From Eledone cirrhosa (Eukaryota), in NCBI GenBank assembly GCA_964016885.1, contig CAXHJY010000191.1, forward strand, positions 1 to 19,245: a stretch of DNA of 19,245 bases, in the 5' to 3' direction. Position numbers and translations under genes: made by a program. Below the pieces are notes generated by a model. That model made no database searches. It saw only the letters and a list, made by a program, of their open reading frames with translations, and had not been told where the DNA came from. Shown piece after piece: positions 1 through 12,513 of this stretch. Within the stretch, counting starts at the first letter, position 1. The number at the start of each line of letters is the position of its first letter.

Positions 1-720
1 GAACCACACACACCCTTCTCTCCCCACTCCACACTCACTCATCCCACTAACACCCTACTAATACACACACACACACACCCTCCTCACTCCAACTCTCACA
101 CCTACCCATCCTCGCCTCCCTACCATTCCGCTGACTGCTGCTATGCCCTTCCGACCACTGTCTCAGCACCCACTGACCACAGCACTCCCACTGCTGACCA
201 CTTACTGTTGCGCGCGCACCCCACATCTCTCCTCTTCCGACCACCGCTTCTTGGATTACCTACACGCGTTTTGACTTCCAACCAAAATCTCCATACATCC
301 GTGTAACTTACCACTTTTCAACCATCCTCTAACACCATCACCTATATAACTCACCCACACACACATCCCAAAACAAATTTTTTTATCCACACGCCACCCA
401 CACCCACAACACGCTTAAACCACACACACGTGCTTCCCACCACATATTTACACCCTCAGGCCCCTGATTCCTCTCCCCCCACCCCCTATCCACACACGCA
501 CAGACCCTCCGACACACAAAAACACCCCCCACACACACCTTCCTGAACATGCAACCCCGTTCTTCCCCCAACCCTCACTTTCACATACACACACACACAC
601 GCACACCTAACCACACACCACCACCTTCAGCCCTCCTCGCTCGGACACCCCGTCTCCCTCTCCCCCACTCCACCCGCCTCCACCTCTACTCACCCACACC
701 CTTCCACCACCTGTTTACCC
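1..720. repeat. C/A-rich low-complexity tract (degenerate (CA)n / C-rich), probably upstream part of the adjacent PLE-like remnant
   Basis: Very few G on + strand, many CACAC/CCCC runs; overlapping ORFs are compositional (P/H/T-rich or V/C/G-rich). Confidence 0.7.
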
Positions 721-1030
721 CCCTTTTAATTTCAGTTTATTTTGATCATGCCTTTATTTTTAAATGTTCTCATTCCTTGTATTTTGATCATGCTTTATTT
801 TATTTATTATTTATTATATTTTTGTCTTTATTTGTAATTTTTCATTCGCACCGTTTCCTTTCGCTATATGTCTCTCCACCACTCCCCTACACACCTTTTG
901 AACTCTTACCTGAAGAAGGGCTTATGCCCGAAACGTCGTCCTCCACCTACCCCCCACTCTCCTGAGCGTGAATCTAATAAACATTTGTCGTACTGCCTCT
1001 CTGTTCTGTCCCTGTTCAATTTTTTATTAT
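721..1030 (+). mobile_element. Penelope-like element pseudo-LTR / 3' end (family A)
   Basis: T-rich region, HHR-like core at 910-937, AATAAA at 976-981, pyrimidine-rich end running into (TA)n. This layout is typical of PLE termini. Confidence 0.55.
908..939 (+). ncRNA. Minimal type I hammerhead ribozyme-like motif (degenerate stem I)
   Basis: CTGAAGA(910-916)-A-GGGC TTAT GCCC-GAAA(930-933)-CG-TC. Stem II is perfect and stem III is the ACGT palindrome, but stem I is only 2 bp (AC/GT). Confidence 0.5.
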
Positions 1031-1098
1031 ATATATATATATATATATATAGGTATATATATATATAATATAATAGGTATATATATATATATATATAT

Positions 1099-1133
<35 letters not shown>

Positions 1134-1278
1134 TATATATAGGTATAATATATATAGGTATATATAGGTATATATATATAGTATAGGTATAGGTATATAG
1201 GTATATAGGTATATATATATATAGGTATATATATATAGGTATATATAGGTATATATATATATAGGTATATAATATATA
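1028..1278. repeat. (TA)n microsatellite with AGGT interruptions
   Basis: Direct reading. Confidence 0.95.
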
Positions 1279-1310
1279 AGAAACAAAAGATGGTTAAAGG
1301 AGTTCCATGT

Positions 1311-1379
1311 ATTTTATTATACGCATTTCAAAAACAAATATCATCATGCAATAATATTTGTGTTTTCATCAGATAAAAC
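1311..1379 (-). ncRNA. Type I hammerhead ribozyme (family B, left arm)
   Basis: Minus strand: TTTTAT-CTGATGA-long stem II (ACAAATAT/ATATTTGT)-GAAA-TGCGTA-TA-ATAAAA. Confidence 0.75.
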
Positions 1380-1495
1380 AGGAGGACATGATATGAAGGC
1401 TAAAAAACACTTGTGGATAGTGCAGTTTTAAATCAACATTGATTTAAAACTGCACTATCCACAAGTGTTTTTTAGCCTTCATATCATGTCCTCCT

Positions 1496-1564
1496 GTTTT
1501 ATCTGATGAAAACACAAATATTATTGCATGATGATATTTGTCTTTGAAATGCGCATAATAAAAT
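1496..1564 (+). ncRNA. Type I hammerhead ribozyme (family B, right arm)
   Basis: Stem I TTTTAT(1497-1502)/ATAAAA(1558-1563); CTGATGA 1503-1509; stem II AAA-C-ACAAATAT...ATATTTGT-C-TTT; GAAA 1546-1549; palindromic stem III ATGCGCAT; predicted cleavage after A1557. Confidence 0.8.
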
Positions 1565-1694
1565 ACATGGAAATCATTTAACCATCTTTTGTTCTAATAT
1601 ATTATGTATACTCCAGTCCTACAAACTGTAGAGTGCTTCTTATCCGATATCTGCATTGCTTTATTGTACTACAATAAAACTCACCTCCTACATT

Positions 1695-1727
1695 ATATAG
1701 GTATATATATATATAGGTATATATATG

Positions 1728-1761
<34 letters not shown>

Positions 1762-1827
1762 GGTATATATATATATAGGTATATATATATATAGGTATAT
1801 ATATATATAGGTATATATATATATAGG

Positions 1828-1858
<31 letters not shown>

Positions 1859-2703
1859 GTATATATATATATAGGTATGTATATATATATATAGGTATAT
1901 ATATATATGTATATATATATATAGGTATATATATGTATATATATATATATGTATATATATATATAGGTATATATATATATAGGTATATATATATATTTGT
2001 ATATATTATATAGGTGTATATATATATATAGGTATGTATATATATATATAGGTATATATATATATGTATATATATAGGTATATATATATATATATATATA
2101 TATAGGTATATATATAGGTATATATATATATATATATAGGTATATATATAGGTATATATATAGGTATATATATATGTATATATATATATATAGGTATATA
2201 TATAGGTATATATATAGGTATATATATATATAGGTATATATATAGGTATATATATATATATATATATATAGGTATATATATATATATATATATAGGTATA
2301 TATATATATATATATATAGGTATATATATATATATATATCGGTATATATATATGTATATATGTATATATATATATATAGGTATATATATAGGTATATATA
2401 TATATATATATATATAGGTATATATATATATATATATATATAGGTATATATATATATATATATATAGGTATATATATATATATATATCGGTATATATATA
2501 TGTATATATGTATATATATATATATAGGTATATATATAGATATATGTATATATATATATATAGGTATATATATATATATATATATATAGGTATATATATA
2601 TATATATATAGGTATATATATATATATATATATATAGGTATATATATATATATATATATATAGGTATATATATATATATATATAGGTATATATATATATA
2701 TAT

Positions 2704-2750
<47 letters not shown>

Positions 2751-2765
2751 TATATATATATATAT

Positions 2766-2800
<35 letters not shown>

Positions 2801-2936
2801 TATATATATGTATATATATATATAGGTATATATATATATAGGTATTTATATATATTTGTATATATATATAGGTGTATATATATATAAGGTATATATATAT
2901 ATGTATATATATAGGTATATATATATATATATATAT
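1695..2936. repeat. (TA)n microsatellite with AGGT/ATGT interruptions
   Basis: Direct reading. Confidence 0.95.
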
Positions 2937-2938
2937 AA

Positions 2939-3524
2939 ATAAATGAATTGAGAGAGAGACTGAGCATAAGAGGAATCAAATGCTGCGTGCAGGAGAGGCG
3001 GTTACGCTGGTATGGACATGTGATGCGTATGAAGGATGACAGCTGCATAAAAAGGTGCAGAGCACTAGAAGTTGATGGAAACCGCGGAGTGGGGAGACCC
3101 AAGATGACTTGGATGAGGTGATAAAAGCCGACCTTACCAACTACACCTCTCAAAGTCAATGACACACGACCGTGACTTCTGGCGTCACGCAGTAATACAG
3201 GGTACCCGACCTCCCATGGGTACATGCTGAAGGCATATAAACAATATGCCCCCCCCCCCCCCCCACCGCAAGGTGGTCGTGGAGGTGCCACGGCAAAAAA
3301 GCACCCAGCCCACACTGTAAAGTGGACGTGTAGGCGCCACGAAAAAGCACCCAGCACTCACTGTAAATGAGGTTGGTGTTAGGAAGGGCATCCAGCTGTA
3401 GAAATCAAGCCAGATCAGTTCCTGTATGAGCAAGGCATGGTCAGCCGACCAGACACTGCCCACAACAGGACAACCCGTCTAACCATGCTAGCGTGGAAGA
3501 ACGGACGTAAAACGTGATGATGAT
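2939..3524 (+). mobile_element. 5'-truncated RTE-clade LINE (RT C-terminal pseudogene fragment plus extended 3' region, terminal hairpin, (GAT)n tail)
   Basis: From 2942: [57 protein letters not shown], then two frameshifts (DEVIKADL; [12 protein letters not shown]). RLRWxGHVxRM and GRPxxTW are RTE hallmarks. Ends CCATGCTAGCGTGG...GGACGTAAAACGTGATGATGAT. Confidence 0.9.
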
Positions 3525-3526
3525 AT

Positions 3527-3563
<37 letters not shown>

Positions 3564-3677
3564 TATATATATATATATATATATATACCTATATATATAT
3601 ACCTATATATATATATACCTATATATATATATACCTATATATATATATACCTATATATATATACCTATATATATATA

Positions 3678-3711
<34 letters not shown>

Positions 3712-3755
3712 TATATATATATATATATACCTATATATATATAGGTATATATATT

Positions 3756-3805
<50 letters not shown>

Positions 3806-3820
3806 TATATATATATATAT

Positions 3821-3885
<65 letters not shown>

Positions 3886-4135
3886 GGAATATATATATAT
3901 ATATACCTATATATATATAGGTATATATATATATAGGTATATACCTATATATATATAGGTATATATATATATATATATAGGTATATATATATATATATAC
4001 CTATATATATATAGGTATATATATATATATATACCTATATATATATAGGTATATATATATATATATACCTATATATATATAGGTATATATATATATATAC
4101 ATATATATAGGTATATATGTGCATATATATATAGG
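3525..4135. repeat. (TA)n microsatellite with mixed AGGT and ACCT polarity
   Basis: Direct reading; ACCT run at ~3587-3680, alternating polarity 3900-4070. Confidence 0.95.
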
Positions 4136-4186
4136 TGCGCATAATAAAATACATGGAACTCCTTTAACCATCTTTTGTTCTTATAT
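4136..4186 (+). mobile_element. Short 3'-terminal fragment of family B
   Basis: TGCGCATAATAAAATACATGGAACTCCTTTAACCATCTTTTGTTCTTATA matches 1550-1599 and the reverse complement of 1275-1325. Confidence 0.9.
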
Positions 4187-4274
4187 ATAGGTATATATGT
4201 ATATATATATATAGGTATACATGTATATATATAGATAGCTGTATATATAATATATATATATATATAGATAGGTA

Positions 4275-4320
<46 letters not shown>

Positions 4321-4442
4321 TATATATGTATATATATATATATATATATATAGGTATAAATGTATATATATATATATATATAGGTATAAATGTATATATA
4401 TATAATATATAGGTATATATGTATATATATATATATATATAT

Positions 4443-4473
<31 letters not shown>

Positions 4474-4477
<4 letters not shown>

Positions 4478-4741
4478 AATATGGTTGGTGTTAGGAAGGG
4501 CATCCAGCTGTAGAAAATACGCCAGACAGTCCACGCTGTAATGTGGCCGTGTAGGCAACACGGTAAAAACCTCCCAGCCCCACACTGTAAATGTGGTTGG
4601 TGTTAGGAAGGGCATCCAGCTGTAGAAAACCCGCCAGACAGTCCTATGCGAGCAAGACAACCACTCTTGCCTCAAGTGGGAAAACCCCGTCCAAACCCAT
4701 GCAAGCGTGGAACAGGGACGTTAAACGATGATGATGATGAT
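4474..4741 (+). mobile_element. RTE-dependent non-autonomous element/SINE 3' part with duplicated module and (GAT)n tail
   Basis: GGTTGGTGTTAGGAAGGGCATCCAGCTGTAGAAA occurs twice (period 112 bp; also at ~3370). Terminal CCGTCCAAACCCATGCAAGCGTGG...GGACGTTAAACGATGATGATGAT is homologous to the ends at 3524 and 10080. Confidence 0.85.
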
Positions 4742-4751
4742 ATATATATAT

Positions 4752-4776
4752 ATAGTAATAATAATAAAATTGAAGA
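4752..4776 (-). mobile_element. 25-bp 3'-terminal micro-fragment of family E
   Basis: ATAGTAATAATAATAAAATTGAAGA is identical to 16085-16109. Confidence 0.7.
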
Positions 4777-5412
<636 letters not shown>

Positions 5413-5413
<1 letters not shown>

Positions 5414-6081
5414 CTCTTTTACTCTTTTACTCTTTTACCTGTTTCAGCCATCCGGCTGAGGCCATGCTGGGGCACCGCCCTTGTTGCTACACATTTTATC
5501 TACAGCCTGTATAGGTTGGCCACTGGTGTAGGAGGGAGTTTGTTGCTGCTGCCCTTAGGTTTCCCTCGTGTCTTGCTGTGGGCTCATCCGGGATCCTGGA
5601 TAACAAGGTGTCGAGATGTTTCTTAAGACATCCACCTCCACGTCATGCAAGTCTCGCAGATGCCTCGGCAGCCTGTTGAAGAGTTGAGGGCCTTGAATCC
5701 CAGGCTATTGCAATACCTGCTCCTTATTCTAGATGTCGAAGACGGGACCTTTGGCACCACACAGTGACGTCCTGTTCGACGGTTGGTCCAGCTCCAATGC
5801 CAAAGTTTGGTGCTAGTCCCTCCAGGATTTTCCACATGTAGATCACTGCGTATCTCTCCCGTCTTCGCTCCAAGGAGTAGAGGTTCAGTTCCTTCAGCCT
5901 CTCCCAGTAGCTTGTCTCCCTCATCTTGGCAATCCTCTTGGTGTAGCTTCGCTGGATTGCCTCAAGCTCTGTGGTTAGTTTGACACTATGGGGTGACCAC
6001 AGCTGGGAGCAGTAGTCCAGGCGGCTTAGGACAAAAGTCCTCCACAGTGTCAACATGGTGTCTCGATCTCTTGTAAGGAAA
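5413..6081 (-). mobile_element. 5'-truncated CR1-group (CR1/L2/Daphne-like) LINE; RT C-terminal pseudogene fragment, 3' hairpin and 8-bp repeat tail
   Basis: [30 protein letters not shown]...[12 protein letters not shown]...[21 protein letters not shown], with frameshifts downstream ([13 protein letters not shown]; GPQLFNRLPRHLR). The 3' end GGCGGTGCCCCAGCATGGCC...GGCTGAAACAGG is followed by (ACTCTTTT)x3 on + at 5413-5436. Confidence 0.9.
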
Positions 6082-6096
6082 GGTATATATATATAT

Positions 6097-6143
<47 letters not shown>

Positions 6144-6190
6144 TATATATATATATATATATAAGTATATATATATATATATATATATAT

Positions 6191-6227
<37 letters not shown>

Positions 6228-6604
6228 TATATATATATATATATATAGGTATATATATATTTATAGGTATATATATATTTATAGGTATATATATATATAT
6301 ATATAGGTATATATATATAGGTATATATATATATAAATATAGGTATATATATATATATATATATATAGGTATATATATATATATATAGGTATATATATAT
6401 TTATAGGTATATATATATTTATAGGTATATATATATATATATAGGTATATATATATAGGTATATATATATATAAATATAGGTATATATATATATATATAT
6501 ATATAGGTATATATATATAGGTATATATATATATAAATATAGGTATATATATATATATATATATAGGTATATATATATAGGTATATATATATATATATAT
6601 ATAT

Positions 6605-6635
<31 letters not shown>

Positions 6636-7225
6636 GGTATATATATATATATATAGGTATATATATATATATATATATAGGTATATATATATATATATAT
6701 ATATAGGTATATATATATATATAGGTATATATATATATATTATATATATATATACATATAGGTATATATATATATATATATATACATATAGGTATATATA
6801 TATACAGGTATATATATATATATATATATATAGATATATATATATATACATATAGGTATATATAAATATAGGTATATATATACATATAGGTATATAGGTA
6901 TATATATATATATATATATAGGTATATATATATATATATAGGTATATATAAATATATATATATATATAGGTATATATATATATATATATAGGTATATATA
7001 AATATATATATATATAGGTATATATAAATATATATATATATATAGGTATATATAAATATATATATATATATAGGTATATATAAATATATATATATATAGG
7101 TATATATATATATATATATAGGTATATATAAATATATATATATATATAGGTATATATATAGGTATATATATATATATATAATTATATATATATACATTAT
7201 ATATATATCTATATATATATATATA

Positions 7226-7299
<74 letters not shown>

Positions 7300-7301
7300 G
7301 G

Positions 7302-7333
<32 letters not shown>

Positions 7334-7566
7334 GGTATATATAAATATATATAGCCAGTTTTAGAATATAGGTATATATATATATATATATATATAGGTA
7401 TATATATATATATATAGGTATATATACATATATATATACCTATATATATATATATAAGTATATACATATATATATACCTATATATATATATAGGTATATA
7501 TATATATATATAGGTATATATTAATATATATATATATATAGGTATATATATATATATATATATAGC

Positions 7567-7602
<36 letters not shown>

Positions 7603-7702
7603 GGTATATACATATATATATATACCTATATATATATATAGGTATATATAAATATATATATATATATATAGGTATATATAAATATATATATATATATATA
7701 GG

Positions 7703-7734
<32 letters not shown>

Positions 7735-8009
7735 GGTATATATAAATATATATATATATATATAGGTATATATAAATATATATATATATATATAGGTATA
7801 TATAAATATATATATATATATGTAGGTATATATAATATATATATATATATATAGGTATATACATATATATATATACCTATATATATATATATATATATAT
7901 ATTGATAGGTATATATATATATATATCAGGTATATATATATATATATATATAGGTATATATATATATATATATATAGGCATATATATATATAGGTATATA
8001 TATATATAT

Positions 8010-8075
<66 letters not shown>

Positions 8076-8090
8076 GTATATATATATATA

Positions 8091-8121
<31 letters not shown>
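6082..8121. repeat. (TA)n microsatellite with AGGT and TAAAT interruptions; internal ~140-bp duplication near 6250-6540
   Basis: Direct reading; the TTATAGG pattern recurs at 6261 and 6401. Confidence 0.95.
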
Positions 8122-8129
<8 letters not shown>

Positions 8130-8737
8130 GAAAGTTAAAGTTAATAACTCTTACTGAAACCCTGTAATGAATAAGCTCCAAGCATAAATACTGAGCATTA
8201 TAATAATAATAATATATATGTAGTAAGAAACACATTAAACTGTGTGTCTAATATTATGAGGGTTGAAAGACTATATTTGTTTGAAAAATTTAACCATGAA
8301 GCAGACAGAATGATAAATAAAAATCAAAATTATATTATACAAACCGCCTCAATAACAATTATATCTCTCGGACAGATTAGGTATAATCTGTTTCGCCCAG
8401 AGTGTGTTTGCAACAGATAATCCAGGGCATCATTAGCGAGAGAAGCTGATTAAATGCGACAAACACAATAGCACCAACGTTGACACAGAAAGATGAATTT
8501 ATCACCTCGTGCGCCGCAAGTCAAAAGTGGTATGAGTGTATTTGTTAGAAACAACAGTCCAACACACGCAACTTAATAAGCTCACTTCATGAGGGAGCCG
8601 AAATATAAATGAAAGTTAGAGTTAATAACTCTTACTGAAACCCTGTAATGAATAAGCTCCTAGCATAAATACTGAGCATTATAATAATAATAATATATTA
8701 GACACACGGTTTACTGTGTTTCTTACTACATATATTA
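8122..8737 (-). mobile_element. PLE/retrozyme family C: 481-bp unit in partial tandem with a short 5' inversion
   Basis: Direct repeats 8122-8217 and 8603-8698 (2 mismatches). 8695-8735 is the reverse complement of 8214-8254 (2 mismatches). HHR at 8364-8443; no ORF. Confidence 0.85.
8364..8443 (-). ncRNA. Full three-stem type I hammerhead ribozyme with G5A core substitution (family C)
   Basis: Minus strand: TCTCTCG-CTAATGA-T-GCCC...GGGC-GAAA-CAGATTA TACC TAATCTG-TC-CGAGAGA. Stems I and III are 7 perfect bp each; GUC site. Confidence 0.85.
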
Positions 8738-8738
8738 C

Positions 8739-8747
8739 TATATATAT

Positions 8748-8843
<96 letters not shown>

Positions 8844-8896
8844 ATATATTATATATATATATATATTTTATATATAATATATATATATATATATTT

Positions 8897-8956
<60 letters not shown>

Positions 8957-9009
8957 TATATATATATATATATATATATTTTATATATGTATATATATAT
9001 ATATTTATA

Positions 9010-9084
<75 letters not shown>

Positions 9085-9094
9085 ATATATATAT

Positions 9095-9133
<39 letters not shown>

Positions 9134-9154
9134 CTGTATATATATATATATATA

Positions 9155-9187
<33 letters not shown>
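8739..9187. repeat. (TA)n microsatellite with TTT interruptions
   Basis: Direct reading; lacks the AGGT signature. Confidence 0.95.
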
Positions 9188-9190
<3 letters not shown>

Positions 9191-9675
9191 TATCTTATAT
9201 AAATAGGACACATGTGCATGCCCACGTGTAACTAACTTCTTCTAACTATCCTCCTGCATCTTCTTCGTAAACTGCCAATGTTGTATTATAACTTTAATTT
9301 TGTTGTAATTTTCTTTAATATGACTTTAATTTTTGAATGTAAATTGCCATATGTTTCTGTATGTCTCCTTGCTTTGAAAAGGAGGTCAAGTATGTAAACA
9401 ATCATTGAAAAATTGCTCCAGAAAACTCCAAATCTCGGTTTGGAAGAAACAATTGTAAGCGAATAATTGATTTGAACAGAACTTTGATTCATGTAATTTC
9501 TATATAACTGCTCTGTAAAACAACCTGATGTTATTACATTGAGATATTTAACTTACTGGTAATAAGGTAGTAATAAATTACTGTCTTTCATTGTTTACAG
9601 TTAAAATATATTACTATATTTATATAACTATAAATGGTTTTACTGAATACATAACCATAAATAGTATCCTAATAC

Positions 9676-9709
<34 letters not shown>

Positions 9710-9748
9710 GGTATAGTATCCTTAATACTATGTATATATATATGTATA

Positions 9749-9825
<77 letters not shown>

Positions 9826-9826
<1 letters not shown>

Positions 9827-10049
9827 TGCGCATGGAGGATGACCGATGGGTGAAGAAGTGCCAGGAAATGCCAGTTGAAGGAAGACGTAGTAGAGGTAGA
9901 CCACGAAAAACATGGGCGGAGGTGGTGAGAACAGACCTCAGATCATTGAAGCTCACGGTGGAGATGACGAGGGACCGTGACGAGTGGAGAGATGCTGTGC
10001 TGAATAAGACCCGTCCCACCCTTGCAAGCAGGGAAAAGCGGACGTAAAT

Positions 10050-10080
<31 letters not shown>
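9826..10080 (+). mobile_element. 5'-truncated RTE-clade LINE 3' end, ORF end intact, (GAT)10 tail
   Basis: [38 protein letters not shown]...[12 protein letters not shown]; stop 10045-10047 overlaps the terminal hairpin region; GAT x10 at 10051-10080. Confidence 0.9.
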
Positions 10081-10337
10081 ATGTATATGTATATATATAT
10101 AGGTATATATATATATATATATAGGTATATATATATATATATATAGGTATATATATATAGGTATATATATATATATATATAGGTATATATATATATAGGT
10201 ATATATATATATATATATATATATAGGTATATATATATATATATATATATATAGGTATATATATATATATATATATATATAGGTATATATATATATATAT
10301 ATATATATAGGTATATATATAGGTATATATATATATA

Positions 10338-10475
10338 TGTCTTCCTCCGGTTGCAACGTTTTTTGAAATATCCAGTTCTGCGTTTACAGATTGACTTTGT
10401 TAGTTTCAGAAGATCCCGTTAAGGTGAAAGCAGCGATTCTTTGCTTAAACTTTAATCTGTTATTTTAATAAATAT
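10338..10475 (+). mobile_element. 3' fragment of family E, containing the HHR-like motif at 10402-10451
   Basis: Near-identical to 16277-16415 and to the reverse complement of 15565-15703. Confidence 0.9.
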
Positions 10476-10480
10476 ATATA

Positions 10481-10527
<47 letters not shown>

Positions 10528-10868
10528 ATATATATATATATACTTATATATATATATATACTTATATATATATATATATACTTATATATATATATATATA
10601 CCTATATATATATATATATACTTATATATATATATATACTTATATATATATATATACCTATATATATATATATACTTATATATATATATATATACTTATA
10701 TATATATATATATATATATATACTTATATATATATATATATATATATATATACTTATATATATATATATATATATACTTATATATATATATATATATATA
10801 TACTTATATATATATATATATATACTTATATATATATATATATATACTTATATATATATATATATATA

Positions 10869-10962
<94 letters not shown>

Positions 10963-11310
10963 TTATATATATATATATATATAGGTATATATATATATAT
11001 ATATAGGTATATATATATATATATATATAGGTATATATATATATATATATATAGGTATATATATATATATATATAGGTATATATATATATATAGGTATAT
11101 ATATATATATATATAGGTATATATATATATATATATAGGTATATATATATATATATATAGGTATATATATATATATATATAGGTATATATATATATATAT
11201 ATAGGTATATATATATATATATAGGTATATATATATATATATATAGGTATATATATATATATATATATACTTATATATATATATATATATATATATAGGT
11301 ATATATATAT
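10476..11310. repeat. (TA)n microsatellite, ACTT/ACCT type to ~10870 then AGGT type
   Basis: Direct reading. Confidence 0.95.
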
Positions 11311-11534
11311 ACAATTAAGTTAAAGATGTACATCCATATATGTATACTGAAATACTAGTATGTATATGAATACACACACGTATACATATGTAGATGTACC
11401 AAGTTTTTTCACTGGTCACTTTACTGTGAGTGGCCAGCTATTCTGTATGTAAACACACAGACAAACCGGTTTTTAGAGTCATACTGGTTTTTGAGGAAAC
11501 ACCTTTCCTCTATTCTTCAGAAAGCCAGACAAGG

Positions 11535-11579
11535 AACATTGAACTAGTTTCGTTGTTGTTACAACTCATCAGCAATATT
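11535..11579 (-). ncRNA. Minimal type I hammerhead ribozyme (family D, unit 1)
   Basis: AATATTG-CTGATGA-GTTGT AACA ACAAC-GAAA-CTAG-TT-CAATGTT; perfect core, 7-bp stem I, 5-bp stem II, palindromic ACTAGT stem III. Confidence 0.92.
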
Positions 11580-12001
11580 TACCTATCTTCCGGCCTCTCT
11601 AGAGAATCGTAAAAGCACATATCGTTATATGCTTTTTCTATGAAAATTAGTAGTGGGCAGACCAATTTGCATAGAGTGTGAGTAAGTACCGGTTCAACGG
11701 AGACGATAAAAACAAATAACGAAACGAAATTAAATTTCGTTTCATTTGTAACTCACTTTTGTATGACTGACGCTTAAACAATTAAGTTAAAGATGTACAT
11801 CCATATATGTATACTGAAATACTAGTATGTATATGAATACACACACGTATACATATGTAGATGTACCAAGTTTTTTCACTGGTCACTTTACTGTGAGTGG
11901 CCAGCTATTCTGTATGTAAACACACAGACAAACCGGTTTTTAGAGTCATACTGGTTTTTGAGGAAACACCTTTCCTCTATTCTTCAGAAAGCCAGACAAG
12001 G

Positions 12002-12046
12002 AACATTGAACTAGTTTCGTTGTTGTTACAACTCATCAGCAATATT
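12002..12046 (-). ncRNA. Minimal type I hammerhead ribozyme (family D, unit 2)
   Basis: Identical to 11535-11579. Confidence 0.92.
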
Positions 12047-12468
12047 TACCTATCTTCCGGCCTCTCTAGAGAATCGTAAAAGCACATATCGTTATATGCT
12101 TTTTCTATGAAAATTAGTAGTGGGCAGACCAATTTGCATAGAGTGTGAGTAAGTACCGGTTCAACGGAGACGATAAAAACAAATAACGAAACGAAATTAA
12201 ATTTCGTTTCATTTGTAACTCACTTTTGTATGACTGACGCTTAAACAATTAAGTTAAAGATGTACATCCATATATGTATACTGAAATACTAGTATGTATA
12301 TGAATACACACACGTATACATATGTAGATGTACCAAGTTTTTTCACTGGTCACTTTACTGTGAGTGGCCAGCTATTCTGTATGTAAACACACAGACAAAC
12401 CGGTTTTTAGAGTCATACTGGTTTTTGAGGAAACACCTTTCCTCTATTCTTCAGAAAGCCAGACAAGG

Positions 12469-12513
12469 AACATTGAACTAGTTTCGTTGTTGTTACAACT
12501 CATCAGCAATATT
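12469..12513 (-). ncRNA. Minimal type I hammerhead ribozyme (family D, unit 3)
   Basis: Identical to 11535-11579. Confidence 0.92.

Larger units (their letters stand above)
1268..1692. mobile_element. PLE/retrozyme family B: fold-back (head-to-head) insertion, palindrome centred at 1437/1438
   Basis: 1282-1436 is the reverse complement of 1439-1593 (2-nt spacer CA, 4 mismatches). Similarity extends to about 1268/1606. Each arm has an HHR; the right arm continues with unique sequence to ~1692. Confidence 0.85.

Noticed and set aside
47-1068. ORFs at 47-244, 383-571, 549-965 and 868-1068
   Set aside because: Low-complexity composition; the PEEGLMPET peptide is merely the translated hammerhead core.
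8585-8616. CTTCATGAGGGAGCCGAAATATAAATGAAAG as a plus-strand hammerhead
   Set aside because: Lacks the CTGA box and a valid stem II and UH site.
9191-9230. Helitron 5' end (TC followed by an AT-rich stretch)
   Set aside because: No matching 3' GC-rich hairpin plus CTRR terminus found.
9370-9600. Possible host exon (AG/GT signals; IIEKLLQKTPNLGLEETI-like frame; TTTACAG acceptor at 9600)
   Set aside because: Splice signals and the plausible frame do not combine into a consistent exon, and I recognise no homology.
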